Assembly (NCBI GenBank): GCA_030765185.1 | Contig: JAVCDE010000003.1 | Location: forward strand, 128,038 to 192,037 | Origin: Candidatus Aceula meridiana | GTDB taxonomy: Bacteria > Omnitrophota > Gorgyraeia > Zapsychrales > Aceulaceae | DNA: 64,000 bases | Reading direction: 5' to 3' | Shown here: positions 29,585 through 39,212 of the stretch, piece after piece | Layout: each line of letters starts with the position of its first letter | Numbering within the stretch: the first letter of the stretch is position 1 | Notes under the pieces: generated by a model | Told to the model about the DNA's origin: nothing | Seen by the model: the letters and a program-made list of their open reading frames with translations, nothing else | Databases searched by the model: none | Made by a program: the position numbers and the translations under genes

Positions 29585-30385
29585 TTATCCTGTCTCCTTG
29601 ATACATTTTTTAATCAGTTCATAATCGATTGTAAATGTTGTCTTAACAAAGCCGGCCAAAAGGGCACGGTCACAAATAATGTTGATCAACCTTGGTGTCC
29701 CGCCGGAATAAATAAAGATTTCTGCTAAGGCTTTATCCGTAAAATTAATTTTTCCCTTAGCTCCGGCCACCGTAAGCCTGTGGCTGATATATTTTTTGAG
29801 TTCTTCTCTTCCGAGGGGCTTAATATGGTAGCGCACGGCAATGCGCTGATTGATTTGGCGTAAGGACGTGGTTTTGAGCTTCTCACAAAGTTCAGGTTGG
29901 CCAACCAAAATAATCTGTAAAAGTTTTTCTTTTTCTGTCTCCAAATTTGAAAGCAAACGGATTTGTTCAAGTTGGCTTGGCTTTAAATTTTGCGCTTCAT
30001 CAATAATCAAGGCAACATTATGCCCATGCGAGGTTTCTTCAAGCAAGAATTTATTTAAAGCCTCAATGATATCTGCTTTATTCCGGGTTTTGGCCTCAAT
30101 GCCAAAGTCTTTTATAACCATTTGCAGCAACTGAAGTTCTGAGAAGTTTGGATAGAGGATAAAGGCTGTTTTTGTTTTGTTATCTAGATTATTTAAGAGT
30201 GTGCGGCATAGCGTTGTTTTCCCGGTTCCAATTTCACCGGTAACAAGAACAATCCCTTTGCGCTCTCTGATACCATATTGCAAGTAAGAAAAGGCTTCGT
30301 TATGATTCAAACTTGCAAAGAAAAATGAAGGGTCGGAGGTAACACTAAAAGGATTTTCGTGAAGTTCGTAAAACTCTTTATACAT
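29585..30385 (-). CDS. ExeA/GspA-family AAA ATPase (short form)
   Basis: MYKEFY.L.ENPF, TGEIGTGKTT, IIDEAQNL, LVGQPEL, GTPRLINIICDRAL. Confidence 0.9.
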   Translation of the reverse strand: MYKEFYELHENPFSVTSDPSFFFASLNHNEAFSYLQYGIRERKGIVLVTGEIGTGKTTLCRTLLNNLDNKTKTAFILYPNFSELQLLQMVIKDFGIEAKTRNKADIIEALNKFLLEETSHGHNVALIIDEAQNLKPSQLEQIRLLSNLETEKEKLLQIILVGQPELCEKLKTTSLRQINQRIAVRYHIKPLGREELKKYISHRLTVAGAKGKINFTDKALAEIFIYSGGTPRLINIICDRALLAGFVKTTFTIDYELIKKCIKETG

Positions 30386-30392
30386 GGACAGG

Positions 30393-30421
30393 ATTATAGC
30401 ACGAACATTCTCTGCGGTAAA
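30393..30421 (-). promoter_or_regulatory. Extended -10 promoter for the ExeA-like gene, leaderless geometry
   Basis: Minus strand TTTACC-17bp-TATAAT with TGc extension; ATG 7 nt downstream. Confidence 0.6.
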
Positions 30422-30448
30422 GTCCCTAAGTGTAGGCGTAAAAAGTGG

Positions 30449-30476
30449 TTGTAACCCTATTTAAATATGATATACT
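30449..30476 (+). promoter_or_regulatory. Divergent sigma70-type promoter for the PilZ gene
   Basis: TTGTAA-16bp-TATACT with TGa extension; SD AGGAG before ATG 30510. Confidence 0.55.
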
Positions 30477-30509
30477 TTAAGTAATCAAGGATTAAATAGG
30501 AGTAAAAAC

Positions 30510-30866
30510 ATGTTTCTTTCCGATCAGAATCAATCTGAAAGACGTATACATCAAAGATTTAATTTTAAGGAGCCGGTTTCTTTCCGTTTTCCTGATACGG
30601 AGGAGTCTGGCGGATGCCTAGGACAAGACATCAGCGAGGGAGGCTTAAGGATTACTTTTAATCATTTTGTTCGCCCGCGCACTCAGGTCTCCTTAAATTT
30701 TCGTCTCAAGGAAGATTTTGATCCGCTTGAAACAGAGGCTAAAGTAGCATGGGCGCACCGTGTTCCATGTTCCGACAGATATCAGCTTGGAATTGAGTTT
30801 GAGAATAAAGGTACGCAAAGTCAGGATAGTATCCGCCAATACATTAAATCAAATCGCGTACGATAA
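30510..30866 (+). CDS. Stand-alone PilZ domain protein
   Basis: RxxxR (RIHQR) and DxSxxG (DISEGG). Confidence 0.9.
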   Translation: MFLSDQNQSERRIHQRFNFKEPVSFRFPDTEESGGCLGQDISEGGLRITFNHFVRPRTQVSLNFRLKEDFDPLETEAKVAWAHRVPCSDRYQLGIEFENKGTQSQDSIRQYIKSNRVR

Positions 30867-30930
30867 TCCCATCATTTTATCCAATTTAAGAATATATTGT
30901 TTTATTAGTAGAAAGGAGTAAAATTATATC

Positions 30931-31143
30931 ATGGCTAGAGGAAAAGCAAACGAAGAAGAGTTAAAAAACTGTCCAGCGTGCAAAAAGCACCTAAGCAGGG
31001 CCAAGCGCTATTATCGAAATGAAAAATATTTTTGTAATAAAAATTGCTGGCTAACTACTAAGAAAAAAGCCGATGAAGCTGTTGCCCAAGCTGCTGCTGA
31101 AGCTGCTGAAGCTGCCAAAACAAGCGAAGAAGCCAAGGCTTAA
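30931..31143 (+). CDS. Small zinc-finger protein with Ala/Glu tail
   Basis: CPAC...FCNKNC; strong SD AAAGGAG. Confidence 0.75.
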   Translation: MARGKANEEELKNCPACKKHLSRAKRYYRNEKYFCNKNCWLTTKKKADEAVAQAAAEAAEAAKTSEEAKA

Positions 31144-31159
31144 GAAGGAGTAAACCGTT

Positions 31160-31546
31160 TTGATTATGCACGCTGATGAAAGACGTCGAAGCCCCCGCAT
31201 TGATAACAATATTCCCTTAAAGATTTCTCTGGAGGATTTTGATATTGTTACCGAGAGTAAGAACTTAAGCGCCTCCGGCGCTTATTGCATCGTGGATAAA
31301 GAGCTAGCTCCAATGACAAAACTTAAACTTCAGCTTTTGATCCCGTCAAAAAAGAAAGCTAAGACTACTGTTAAAAAGGTTTGTTGTGAGGGAGTTGTTG
31401 TACGCGTCAAACCTCTTCCAAGCCAGGAGCGCTTTAGCGTGGCTATTTACTTCAGCAGTATCCAGGAGAAAGACAAAAAGTGCATTACGCAATATGTTGA
31501 AACTTTATTGAAAACTAAGCCCCAGCAGGAGTGGAGTGCTTTTTAA
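31160..31546 (+). CDS. Stand-alone PilZ domain protein
   Basis: RxxxR (RRSPR) and NxSxxG (NLSASG). Confidence 0.88.
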   Translation: MIMHADERRRSPRIDNNIPLKISLEDFDIVTESKNLSASGAYCIVDKELAPMTKLKLQLLIPSKKKAKTTVKKVCCEGVVVRVKPLPSQERFSVAIYFSSIQEKDKKCITQYVETLLKTKPQQEWSAF

Positions 31547-31576
31547 AGGCGAGCTTGCCGCATCCGGAGAATTTTC

Positions 31577-31738
31577 ATGGAAAATGCAATGACAATTACA
31601 GTTTCACCGTTACAGGCGTTTCTTTCGGTCGCCTTTCAGGCCTGGATTATTATTTTTCCAATCATCATTATTAAAAAGCTTAATCGCCTGACAGCGTTAT
31701 TTGAAGAAGAAGCCGAAGAAGGTCCTGCAGACTCTTAA
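31577..31738 (+). CDS. 53-aa single-TM microprotein (not in ORF track)
   Basis: Hand translation MENAMTITVSPLQAFLSVAFQAWIIIFPIIIIKKLNRLTALFEEEAEEGPADS*; SD GGAGA 6 nt upstream. Confidence 0.7.
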   Translation: MENAMTITVSPLQAFLSVAFQAWIIIFPIIIIKKLNRLTALFEEEAEEGPADS

Positions 31739-31766
31739 TCTCGATTATCCTTAAAACTTCCTTAAA

Positions 31767-32450
31767 GTGAGCATGATCGCACAACCAAGGCACAGTAAAA
31801 AGTCTGTCGAAATTTTATTCGAAGATTCCTGGTATCTCATTGTTAATAAGCCAGCCGGTTTGGTTGTTATCCCGACGCCCCACAAAGAAGAACGAACGCT
31901 CACAACTCTTGTTAATCAACAACATGCCTATCCGGAAAAAGGTAGGCTTCATCCATGCCATCGGCTTGACCGTGACACCTCAGGGGTTATCGTTTTTGCT
32001 TATGGCAAGAAGAATCAAAAATTGCTCATGGATGTTTTTCAGGGGCGTTTGGTTAAAAAGAAATATATCGCTTTTGTTCATGGCAAGATGAAAAAGAATT
32101 CCGGCCGCTTAGAAGGCGCTATTGTCAGTTATGATTCTATGAAGTATCATAAACGGCCTAAGTCAAAGTGGGCACTTTCTACGTATACAGTTCAACGCTT
32201 GATGAAGAATTTTAGCGTTGTCGAGGTTGACCTTATGACCGGGCGCACAAACCAGATTCGTATTCAATTTTCTCAAATAGGACATCCACTTTTAGGAGAA
32301 CGTAAATATGCCTTTGCCAAGGATTACAACTTAAAGTTTCGCCGTACAGCTTTGCATGCCCACCAAATAAGCTTTAGACACCCTGTAACAAAAAAAAGTA
32401 TTGAAATTCAGGCGCCTTTATCGGATGATATGGAGAAACTATTAAGCTAA
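31767..32450 (+). CDS. RluA-family pseudouridine synthase
   Basis: NKPAGL, HRLDRDTSG, TGRTNQIR, LHAH. Confidence 0.93.
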   Translation: MSMIAQPRHSKKSVEILFEDSWYLIVNKPAGLVVIPTPHKEERTLTTLVNQQHAYPEKGRLHPCHRLDRDTSGVIVFAYGKKNQKLLMDVFQGRLVKKKYIAFVHGKMKKNSGRLEGAIVSYDSMKYHKRPKSKWALSTYTVQRLMKNFSVVEVDLMTGRTNQIRIQFSQIGHPLLGERKYAFAKDYNLKFRRTALHAHQISFRHPVTKKSIEIQAPLSDDMEKLLS

Positions 32451-32464
32451 GAAAGGCTATAAAA

Positions 32465-32779
32465 ATGATTGATGCTGGATTTGAGAATAAAACATTGTCT
32501 GAGCTGACTGAAGCTTGCCACAAAATTGCTGTAGAAAAGGGGTTTTGGGATGAAAAGCGCAACATGGGTGAAGCATTGATGCTCGTTGTTACTGAGCTTG
32601 CCGAGGCTATGGAATCTTACCGCAAGCAAGAGGATGAAAATTTTAAGGAAGAGATAGCGGATACTTTTATTCGTCTTTTTGATTTGTGTGGTGGCTTAAG
32701 CATCGATATCGCTCACGAAATTGCTAAAAAAGCCGCAAAGAATAAAACACGTCCTTATAAGCACGGAAAAATTTGTTAA
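32465..32779 (+). CDS. MazG-like nucleotide pyrophosphohydrolase
   Basis: VTELAEAME, EEIADTFIRLFD, NKTRPYKHGK. Confidence 0.85.
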   Translation: MIDAGFENKTLSELTEACHKIAVEKGFWDEKRNMGEALMLVVTELAEAMESYRKQEDENFKEEIADTFIRLFDLCGGLSIDIAHEIAKKAAKNKTRPYKHGKIC

Positions 32780-32782
32780 TGA

Positions 32783-32841
32783 GCCTGCTACCGTTTTAAT
32801 GGTGAGGCGAATTTACCCTTGGTGGCTTTGCCAAGGGTAAA
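32783..32841. repeat. Tandem stem-loops in an intergenic region
   Basis: GCCT..ACCGTT/AATGGT..AGGC hairpin followed by 11-bp perfect IR TTTACCCTTGG/CCAAGGGTAAA; no U-tract. Confidence 0.6.
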
Positions 32842-32870
32842 GGCAAGAACTAAACAAGAAAGGAAGCAAT

Positions 32871-33338
32871 ATGAAATATACTAAATATGTTATCGTTTTA
32901 TTATCTTTCGCCATTTTTTTTACAGGTTGCGTCACGGTTAAAATGCCTCAGTATCTTCAAGCAGAAAATCCTTATAGCAAACAATTTTTAGCTGATTATG
33001 ATAAAACACTTGATGCAACTTTCAAGGTTTTGAAAAAGTTTGGATGGACTGTTGCTAAGCAATCCAGCCCTCTTGCCTTTGAGCAGGAGACAGCTGTGCC
33101 GGATAAAGACAAGAAGCAGGTTTTGATTTTTACAAATGTTAAGCAAAAGGCTATGTTTTTAAGTTCGCGCTATATGTCCTTGAACATTGTGCTAAAGGAA
33201 AATAAGCAAAATACAGATGTAGAAATTCGTTATTTCTCTATTCTTTCAACCGCATTTAAGAATTTTGAAACCTATAAAAACGATAAATTTGTGGAGCGCA
33301 TTTTTAAAGGAATTGCCACAGAACTATCGGGCACATAG
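32871..33338 (+). CDS. Hypothetical lipoprotein
   Basis: Signal peptide with lipobox FTGC; SD AAGGAAG. Confidence 0.75.
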   Translation: MKYTKYVIVLLSFAIFFTGCVTVKMPQYLQAENPYSKQFLADYDKTLDATFKVLKKFGWTVAKQSSPLAFEQETAVPDKDKKQVLIFTNVKQKAMFLSSRYMSLNIVLKENKQNTDVEIRYFSILSTAFKNFETYKNDKFVERIFKGIATELSGT

Positions 33339-33351
33339 TTAGCTTTAAGGG

Positions 33352-35334
33352 ATGGAGAAATTTGTCTTAAAAAGTCCATTTCGTCTGGTTGCCGAACAGC
33401 AAAAGGCAACCGTGACGATTGCTGAAAATATTCAAAAAGATGCCTCTTCTCAGATTTTGCTTGGAGTAACCGGTAGCGGTAAAACCTTTACCCTTGCTAA
33501 TGTTATCGAGAAGGTCAACCGTCCAGCTCTCATCATTTCCCACAACAAGACTTTAGCGGCTCAACTTTATGGCGAGTTTAAAGAATTCTTTCCAAATAAT
33601 GCCGTTGAATATTTTGTCAGCTATTATGATTATTATCAACCTGAGGCGTATATCCCGCAGACAGATGTTTATATCGAAAAAGATGCCTCGATTAATGATC
33701 AGCTCGACCAGCTAAGGCTATCTGCGACGACATCTTTGATGAGCCGACGCGACGTGATTATCGTTGCCAGTGTTTCGTGCATTTATAATTTAGGTTCCCC
33801 GGAGGACTATAAAGAGCAATTACTTTGCCTTACAAAAGGACAAGTGATTGATCGCGATGAAGCCTTGCATCAGCTTTTAAATATTCAATACGAGCGAAAT
33901 GATTATGATTTTAAGCGCGGAACATTCCGCGTGAGAGGTGATGTTGTTGAAATTTTTCCGGCATATCGTAAAGATGCCATTCGTGTTCAATTTTTTGATG
34001 ATCAGATTGAGAAAGTTTCGCAAATAGATCCTATTAGTGCAAAGGAAATTTGCACGTTTGAAAAGATTGCAATTTATCCGGCTAAGCATTTCATTATGTC
34101 TCCTGATACAGTTGAGAAAGGGATTGAATCCATAGAGCGTGAACTCGACGTTCATATCAAATTCTTAAAGGACAAGGGTAAACTTTTAGAAGCTCAGCGG
34201 TTGGAGTCTCGTACCCGTTATGACATGGAAATGCTTAGAGAAGTTGGTTATTGTCATGGGATTGAAAATTATTCACGATCTTTATCCGGAAGACCTACAG
34301 GCAGCCGTCCGTACACGCTTTTAGATTATTTTCCGAAAGATTTCTTAACTATTATTGACGAGTCTCATGTAACAGTTCCTCAGCTTAACGGCATGTACGA
34401 AGGCGACCGCTCTCGCAAAAAAACTTTAGTTGAACACGGGTTTAGGCTGCCATCTTGTTTAGACAATAGACCTTTAAAATTTGATGAATTTTTGTCAGTT
34501 ATCGGACAGAAAATTTTTGCCTCAGCTACCCCCGGACCCTTTGAGAGGGAAGAAAGCAAAGACCACATCACTGAGCAAATTATTCGACCGACTGGAATTG
34601 TTGACCCACCTATAGAAGTAAGGCCTACTAATGGGCAAATTGAAGATTTGGTTGAAGAAGTAAAAAAACGTGCAAGGAAAAATGAAAGAACACTGGTCAC
34701 GACATTAACAAAGCGTATGGCTGAAGACCTATCGGCCTATTTAGAAAAAAAAGGCATTAAAGTTAAATATGTTCATTGTGATATCGAAACCATTGACCGC
34801 GTTAAAATTTTACAGAATTTGCGTTTAAAAAAATTTGACTGTTTAGTCGGAGTTAATCTGTTGCGTGAGGGCCTAGACCTTCCCGAAGTGTCTTTGGTTG
34901 CTATTTTAGATGCGGATAAAGAAGGATTCTTGCGGTCGCAGACATCGCTTATTCAAGTTTCAGGACGGGCCGCCCGCAACTTAAACGGCATGGTTATTAT
35001 GTACGCGGACAAAACCTCGAAAGCGATGAGAGAAACGATAAAGGAATGTAATCGCCGCCGCAAGATTCAGTTCGCCTTTAATGAGAAATATAATATTACG
35101 CCTCGAACCATTGAGAAGGCCATTAAAGAGGGAATTGAGCGTTTAAGCAAGTCAGAAGAAATGCTAAAAGAAGTCGTAGGTCTAGGGGAGGAGTCGTATG
35201 AACTTGCGAATATGGTCTCAGGCCTAGAAAAAGAAATGGATTTAGCGGCCCGTAATTTGTTATTTGAAAAAGCCGCGGCCATTCGGGATAAAATCAAGGA
35301 GTTAAAACAATATGAAGCTAATTTCAAAAGATAG
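33352..35334 (+). CDS. uvrB: Excinuclease ABC subunit B
   Basis: LLGVTGSGKT, YFVSYYDYYQPEAY, DESH, NLLREGLDLPEV, GRAARN, C-terminal UVR domain. Confidence 0.98.
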   Translation: MEKFVLKSPFRLVAEQQKATVTIAENIQKDASSQILLGVTGSGKTFTLANVIEKVNRPALIISHNKTLAAQLYGEFKEFFPNNAVEYFVSYYDYYQPEAYIPQTDVYIEKDASINDQLDQLRLSATTSLMSRRDVIIVASVSCIYNLGSPEDYKEQLLCLTKGQVIDRDEALHQLLNIQYERNDYDFKRGTFRVRGDVVEIFPAYRKDAIRVQFFDDQIEKVSQIDPISAKEICTFEKIAIYPAKHFIMSPDTVEKGIESIERELDVHIKFLKDKGKLLEAQRLESRTRYDMEMLREVGYCHGIENYSRSLSGRPTGSRPYTLLDYFPKDFLTIIDESHVTVPQLNGMYEGDRSRKKTLVEHGFRLPSCLDNRPLKFDEFLSVIGQKIFASATPGPFEREESKDHITEQIIRPTGIVDPPIEVRPTNGQIEDLVEEVKKRARKNERTLVTTLTKRMAEDLSAYLEKKGIKVKYVHCDIETIDRVKILQNLRLKKFDCLVGVNLLREGLDLPEVSLVAILDADKEGFLRSQTSLIQVSGRAARNLNGMVIMYADKTSKAMRETIKECNRRRKIQFAFNEKYNITPRTIEKAIKEGIERLSKSEEMLKEVVGLGEESYELANMVSGLEKEMDLAARNLLFEKAAAIRDKIKELKQYEANFKR

Positions 35335-37048
35335 CAACTTAACAGTATTTTTAATTTTAGGCATTGTTGTTTTTGCTATTTTTGGCAATGCGTTCTTTAA
35401 TAATTTTGCGTATGATGACCACTACCTTATTTTAGAGAATGAATATATTCATGATTTTTCTCATCTTAAGGAAATATTTTTTAGCGACGTCACTCAGGCG
35501 ACGCCTCTTCAAAAGGCAAGCGGGTATTATCGACCTGTTGCGATGGTGTACTTAGTTGGTCTTTATAGCCTTCTTGGACTTAATTCTTTTGCCCTTCACC
35601 TGAGCAATGTTCTTTTGCATCTTTTAAATAGTTTTCTTGTTTTTCTTCTTGTGGATGCCATAACCAAAAAAAGAAGGGTCGCATTTTTATCTTCGCTTAT
35701 TTTTGCCGTACATCCGATTCATGTTGAGGCGGTGGCGCCTATTTTTAATTATATGGGAATTCTGGCTTCTATGTTTTCCTTGGCATCTTTTTTGATGTTT
35801 GTTAAAAGCGATGGGTTAAAAAAGAAGCACTACGCGACAGGGGCCGTTATTTTGTTTTTCTTAGCTCTTTTTTCAAAGGAAGAGGCCATTGTTCTTCCTG
35901 TGGTCTATATGCTGTATGATTTCTTTTTTGTTTTTCGGTTTTCATTTAAAGATTTCTGTCGATCAAGTTCTCGTTATCTTTGGTTTTTGTTAGTTGCCGT
36001 TTTGTATCTTTTTGCGCGTTCACAACTTATTGAAAAGCCCGCAGCGTTTGGATTCTGGGACCTCAATCTTAATATGAACGTAGCAGCTGAGCCCAATTTG
36101 TTTTTGCATCTTGTTTCGGTTATATGTATTTTCGCCAAGTATCTTGGACTTTTTGTTGTCCCGATTAAATTAACAGCATTTTATCTTTTGCCTACGGTTG
36201 CAGCAATCGGCGGTGTTACAATCTTTATAAGCATCTTTGTTGTCTTTGGGCTATTGTCTTGCGCAATATTTTTTGCAAAAAAAATACCCGTAGTATCATT
36301 TTTTATTTGGTTTTTCTTTTTAAGCAGTTTTTTAATTTCAAATATTATTCCTATCGGCGGGCTTTTTGCTGAGCGGTTTATGTATTTTCCATCTGTTGCC
36401 TATTGCGTATTATTCGCGATTGCATTCTTTTATTTTTTTGATAAATTACGCAGCCCGCGCATGCGAAGCGCGAGATTCTTGCTCCAGATTGTTTTGGGTA
36501 TTGTGATTGTTCTTTATGCTCAGAAAACGGTGACACGCAATTATGTTTGGAGAAATGATGTCACGCTTTGGGCGGACACCAAGAAGAAAACTCCACGCAG
36601 TTCCATTGTCCGTATTTTTTACGCGGATGCTCTTTATATGTATGAAATCTTTGATAAGGCGGTTGAGCAATATCGGATTGCCCTAGAGTATCCTGGAGTG
36701 CCAGCCTCTCGAATGCATAATGCTATTGGAAAGGTTTATGGTAGACGTAACCAATATGATAAAGCGATTATCGAATTTAAAAAAGCGCTTGAGGCAAACC
36801 CTTTAGGCATTGAGACTCATTATAATTTAGGAATCAGTTATCTTTTTAAAGGCCAGACTGACATCGCCCTTGAATATTTCCAGAGAGGTAGAACTATAGA
36901 CAATAATTATTCTTGGATTTATTATGGAATGGGGATGGCCTATGAGAAAAAAGGGGAACTAGCTGTTGCTAGACCGTTTTACCAAAGAGCTTTTGATCTT
37001 AACCCTAATCATAAAGAAACTGTTGATGCATTAGAAAGGTTAAAATGA
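35312..37048 (+). CDS. TMTC-like multi-TM GT-C glycosyltransferase with C-terminal TPRs
   Basis: FAYDD, YYRP, HPIHVEAV, SKE, FAERFMY motifs; many TMs; TPR repeats at C-terminus. Confidence 0.8.
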   Translation: MKLISKDSNLTVFLILGIVVFAIFGNAFFNNFAYDDHYLILENEYIHDFSHLKEIFFSDVTQATPLQKASGYYRPVAMVYLVGLYSLLGLNSFALHLSNVLLHLLNSFLVFLLVDAITKKRRVAFLSSLIFAVHPIHVEAVAPIFNYMGILASMFSLASFLMFVKSDGLKKKHYATGAVILFFLALFSKEEAIVLPVVYMLYDFFFVFRFSFKDFCRSSSRYLWFLLVAVLYLFARSQLIEKPAAFGFWDLNLNMNVAAEPNLFLHLVSVICIFAKYLGLFVVPIKLTAFYLLPTVAAIGGVTIFISIFVVFGLLSCAIFFAKKIPVVSFFIWFFFLSSFLISNIIPIGGLFAERFMYFPSVAYCVLFAIAFFYFFDKLRSPRMRSARFLLQIVLGIVIVLYAQKTVTRNYVWRNDVTLWADTKKKTPRSSIVRIFYADALYMYEIFDKAVEQYRIALEYPGVPASRMHNAIGKVYGRRNQYDKAIIEFKKALEANPLGIETHYNLGISYLFKGQTDIALEYFQRGRTIDNNYSWIYYGMGMAYEKKGELAVARPFYQRAFDLNPNHKETVDALERLK

Positions 37049-37800
37049 AAACATTGTTAGCGATTGATATTGGAAATACAAATGTTTCTTTCGCAAGTGT
37101 TAAGGGCAAAGAAATTATTAAGCGTTCATGTGTTTCAACAAGTCTGCCTCAAAAGCAATTTAAAGACACGATCGCTCAGCAGATTGTTCAGGCGAAACGA
37201 AAAGGAACAAGCGAAAGCATTGTATGTAGCGTTGCCCCAAAGACGCTTAATTGCGTCAAAAGCTTTATTCGCAGGGAATTGGGTAGTGAGCCTTTAATTG
37301 TTGGAAAGAATATCAAAGTTCCTTTGATAAGCCGTTATCATAAAAAACAAATCGGTCAAGATAGGCTTGTTTGCGCTTATGCTGCTCAAGAACTTTACGG
37401 TAAGCCTTTGATTGTAATTGATTTGGGAACAGCCGTCACTTGTGATTATATTTCCAAAAAGGGAGATTATGAGGGAGGGATCATTGTCCCGGGTTTGCGT
37501 CTTTCCGCGGAGTCACTTTTTAAGAAAACAGCACTTTTGCCTGATGTAAATATTGAACGCCCCGCAAAACTCATCGGCCAAGATACTAAAACAAGTATTT
37601 TAAGTGGAATTTTTTATGGCTACGGGGCTTTATTGGATGGGATTATTGCGCGCATTCATCGTCAAAAGAAAAACCGCGCTAAAGTAATTTTAACCGGCGG
37701 CTATGCACGATTAATGAAAAGCTACATGGATCACAAAGTTCATAAAATTGATGAAGACTTGGTTTTTAAAGGCCTGCGATTGTTAGCTGATAATTCTTAG
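37045..37800 (+). CDS. coaX: Type III pantothenate kinase
   Basis: AIDIGNTN, GQDR, IDLGTAVT, GGIIVPG, LTGG. Confidence 0.93.
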   Translation: MKTLLAIDIGNTNVSFASVKGKEIIKRSCVSTSLPQKQFKDTIAQQIVQAKRKGTSESIVCSVAPKTLNCVKSFIRRELGSEPLIVGKNIKVPLISRYHKKQIGQDRLVCAYAAQELYGKPLIVIDLGTAVTCDYISKKGDYEGGIIVPGLRLSAESLFKKTALLPDVNIERPAKLIGQDTKTSILSGIFYGYGALLDGIIARIHRQKKNRAKVILTGGYARLMKSYMDHKVHKIDEDLVFKGLRLLADNS

Positions 37801-37806
37801 AATCAG

Positions 37807-39204
37807 TTAACTTCTCGGTATCTCAATCTGCACATCCTCAGAGTTTTGGATATACCACGACTTATCGGCATGTTTTAGAAAATAGGGCAAATCGCCTAAG
37901 ATAAAAATGTAGCAGATGATTATAAAAAGGATGATTTTTATTTTTTTTGGGACAAAATTTAACAAGAAATAAGAAAATAGAAAAACAATTAGGTAAATTA
38001 TTGGGAAGATATACCGTCCCTGCAAGCTTGCCTCAATAAAGAATGAATTTAGATAATGGGTTTTATAATTCAAGTGATAAAAAACGACCCATAAATAAGC
38101 CAAGACACTTAAGGCGCAATATGTCACAAAAGTATTCTTGATTCGAAAATTCCGTATTAAAAGAATAAGAAAAAGAATTAAGAGAATGTTATAAGACAAA
38201 AGCTCTCTAGAACTTCGAAACATAACCTTATGTCCAAAAATTCCCAGAGTTGTTTTTACGATTGCCATCCTCCAATAAAAGAAATAATCATAAGGGGCTA
38301 GAAAGAATTTTTTAGGGATTGTTTTCGCGTAGTTTTCTAAGTCCTTGATCGCTTTAAAATTTGGTTTTTCCATACATTGGTCTAGGGAGAGCACCTGCTC
38401 ACAGTCGGGAATCACATTTCTGTATCGAATCAGATTGGTCAAATATAGATTGGCGTTTAAACAAATAAGCACAAAAATGACAATTATCGCGGGGATTTGT
38501 TTTGGCCTTAATTTTAAACGGCTAAGAAAAGAAGCATGCGTATTCTTTTTATATGTTTTTATAAAGTCAATGACATAAAGAGCGGAAAAAATTAAAAGTA
38601 AAGGTAGGAAGGAATACTTAATTAGAGACCCTAAAAGTGATGTGATGGTAGCTTGGAGTAAATAGTTGCCTCGCCGTGTTTTAAAAAAAGAAAAAAGAAG
38701 ATAAAGCGAAGACACTGACAGAAGATTAGTAAGATTATCGTAGCTGACAAAAGCAGCTAAAAAAGAATACATGGGGATATTCGTTAAAACAACAATTCCT
38801 AAGAGGCTTGTTAGCTTGTCATGGGTAAGAAGGCGAAAAAGTTTAAAACTGATGATAACCGTCGCAATGCTCATAAAAATATGAATAATGCGCAAAAATA
38901 TAAGCGTGGGAACTGAAAAGATATTCAACAAAAGTAGTTTTCCCATGATCCAGAAATATAAATATGGCATTCCCATAAAGAAATATAAGTGCGGAGCCTG
39001 CAAAGACTCAGGAAGAATAAACCTTTGATGCTGAGAGTAGATAAGGCTTAGTTGAACGCGGTCAGTCTCATCCGGAGGAATCGTAGGGACAATGCTTGCG
39101 GCAAAAAAGCATAGACGCAAAGTAAAGTAAAATAAAATGATGCAAAAAAGGACAATATCCCAGTGCGGCAGCCTTTGTTCAAAGAAATTCTTGATGTTTT
39201 TCAT
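37807..39204 (-). CDS. Multi-TM GT-C-like (PMT/ArnT-type) glycosyltransferase
   Basis: PPDE loop motif after first TM, SYDNL, QGRYIFP; many TMs; very AT-rich. Confidence 0.65.
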   Translation of the reverse strand: MKNIKNFFEQRLPHWDIVLFCIILFYFTLRLCFFAASIVPTIPPDETDRVQLSLIYSQHQRFILPESLQAPHLYFFMGMPYLYFWIMGKLLLLNIFSVPTLIFLRIIHIFMSIATVIISFKLFRLLTHDKLTSLLGIVVLTNIPMYSFLAAFVSYDNLTNLLSVSSLYLLFSFFKTRRGNYLLQATITSLLGSLIKYSFLPLLLIFSALYVIDFIKTYKKNTHASFLSRLKLRPKQIPAIIVIFVLICLNANLYLTNLIRYRNVIPDCEQVLSLDQCMEKPNFKAIKDLENYAKTIPKKFFLAPYDYFFYWRMAIVKTTLGIFGHKVMFRSSRELLSYNILLILFLILLIRNFRIKNTFVTYCALSVLAYLWVVFYHLNYKTHYLNSFFIEASLQGRYIFPIIYLIVFLFSYFLLNFVPKKIKIILFIIICYIFILGDLPYFLKHADKSWYIQNSEDVQIEIPRS

Positions 39205-39212
39205 GTGTTTGT

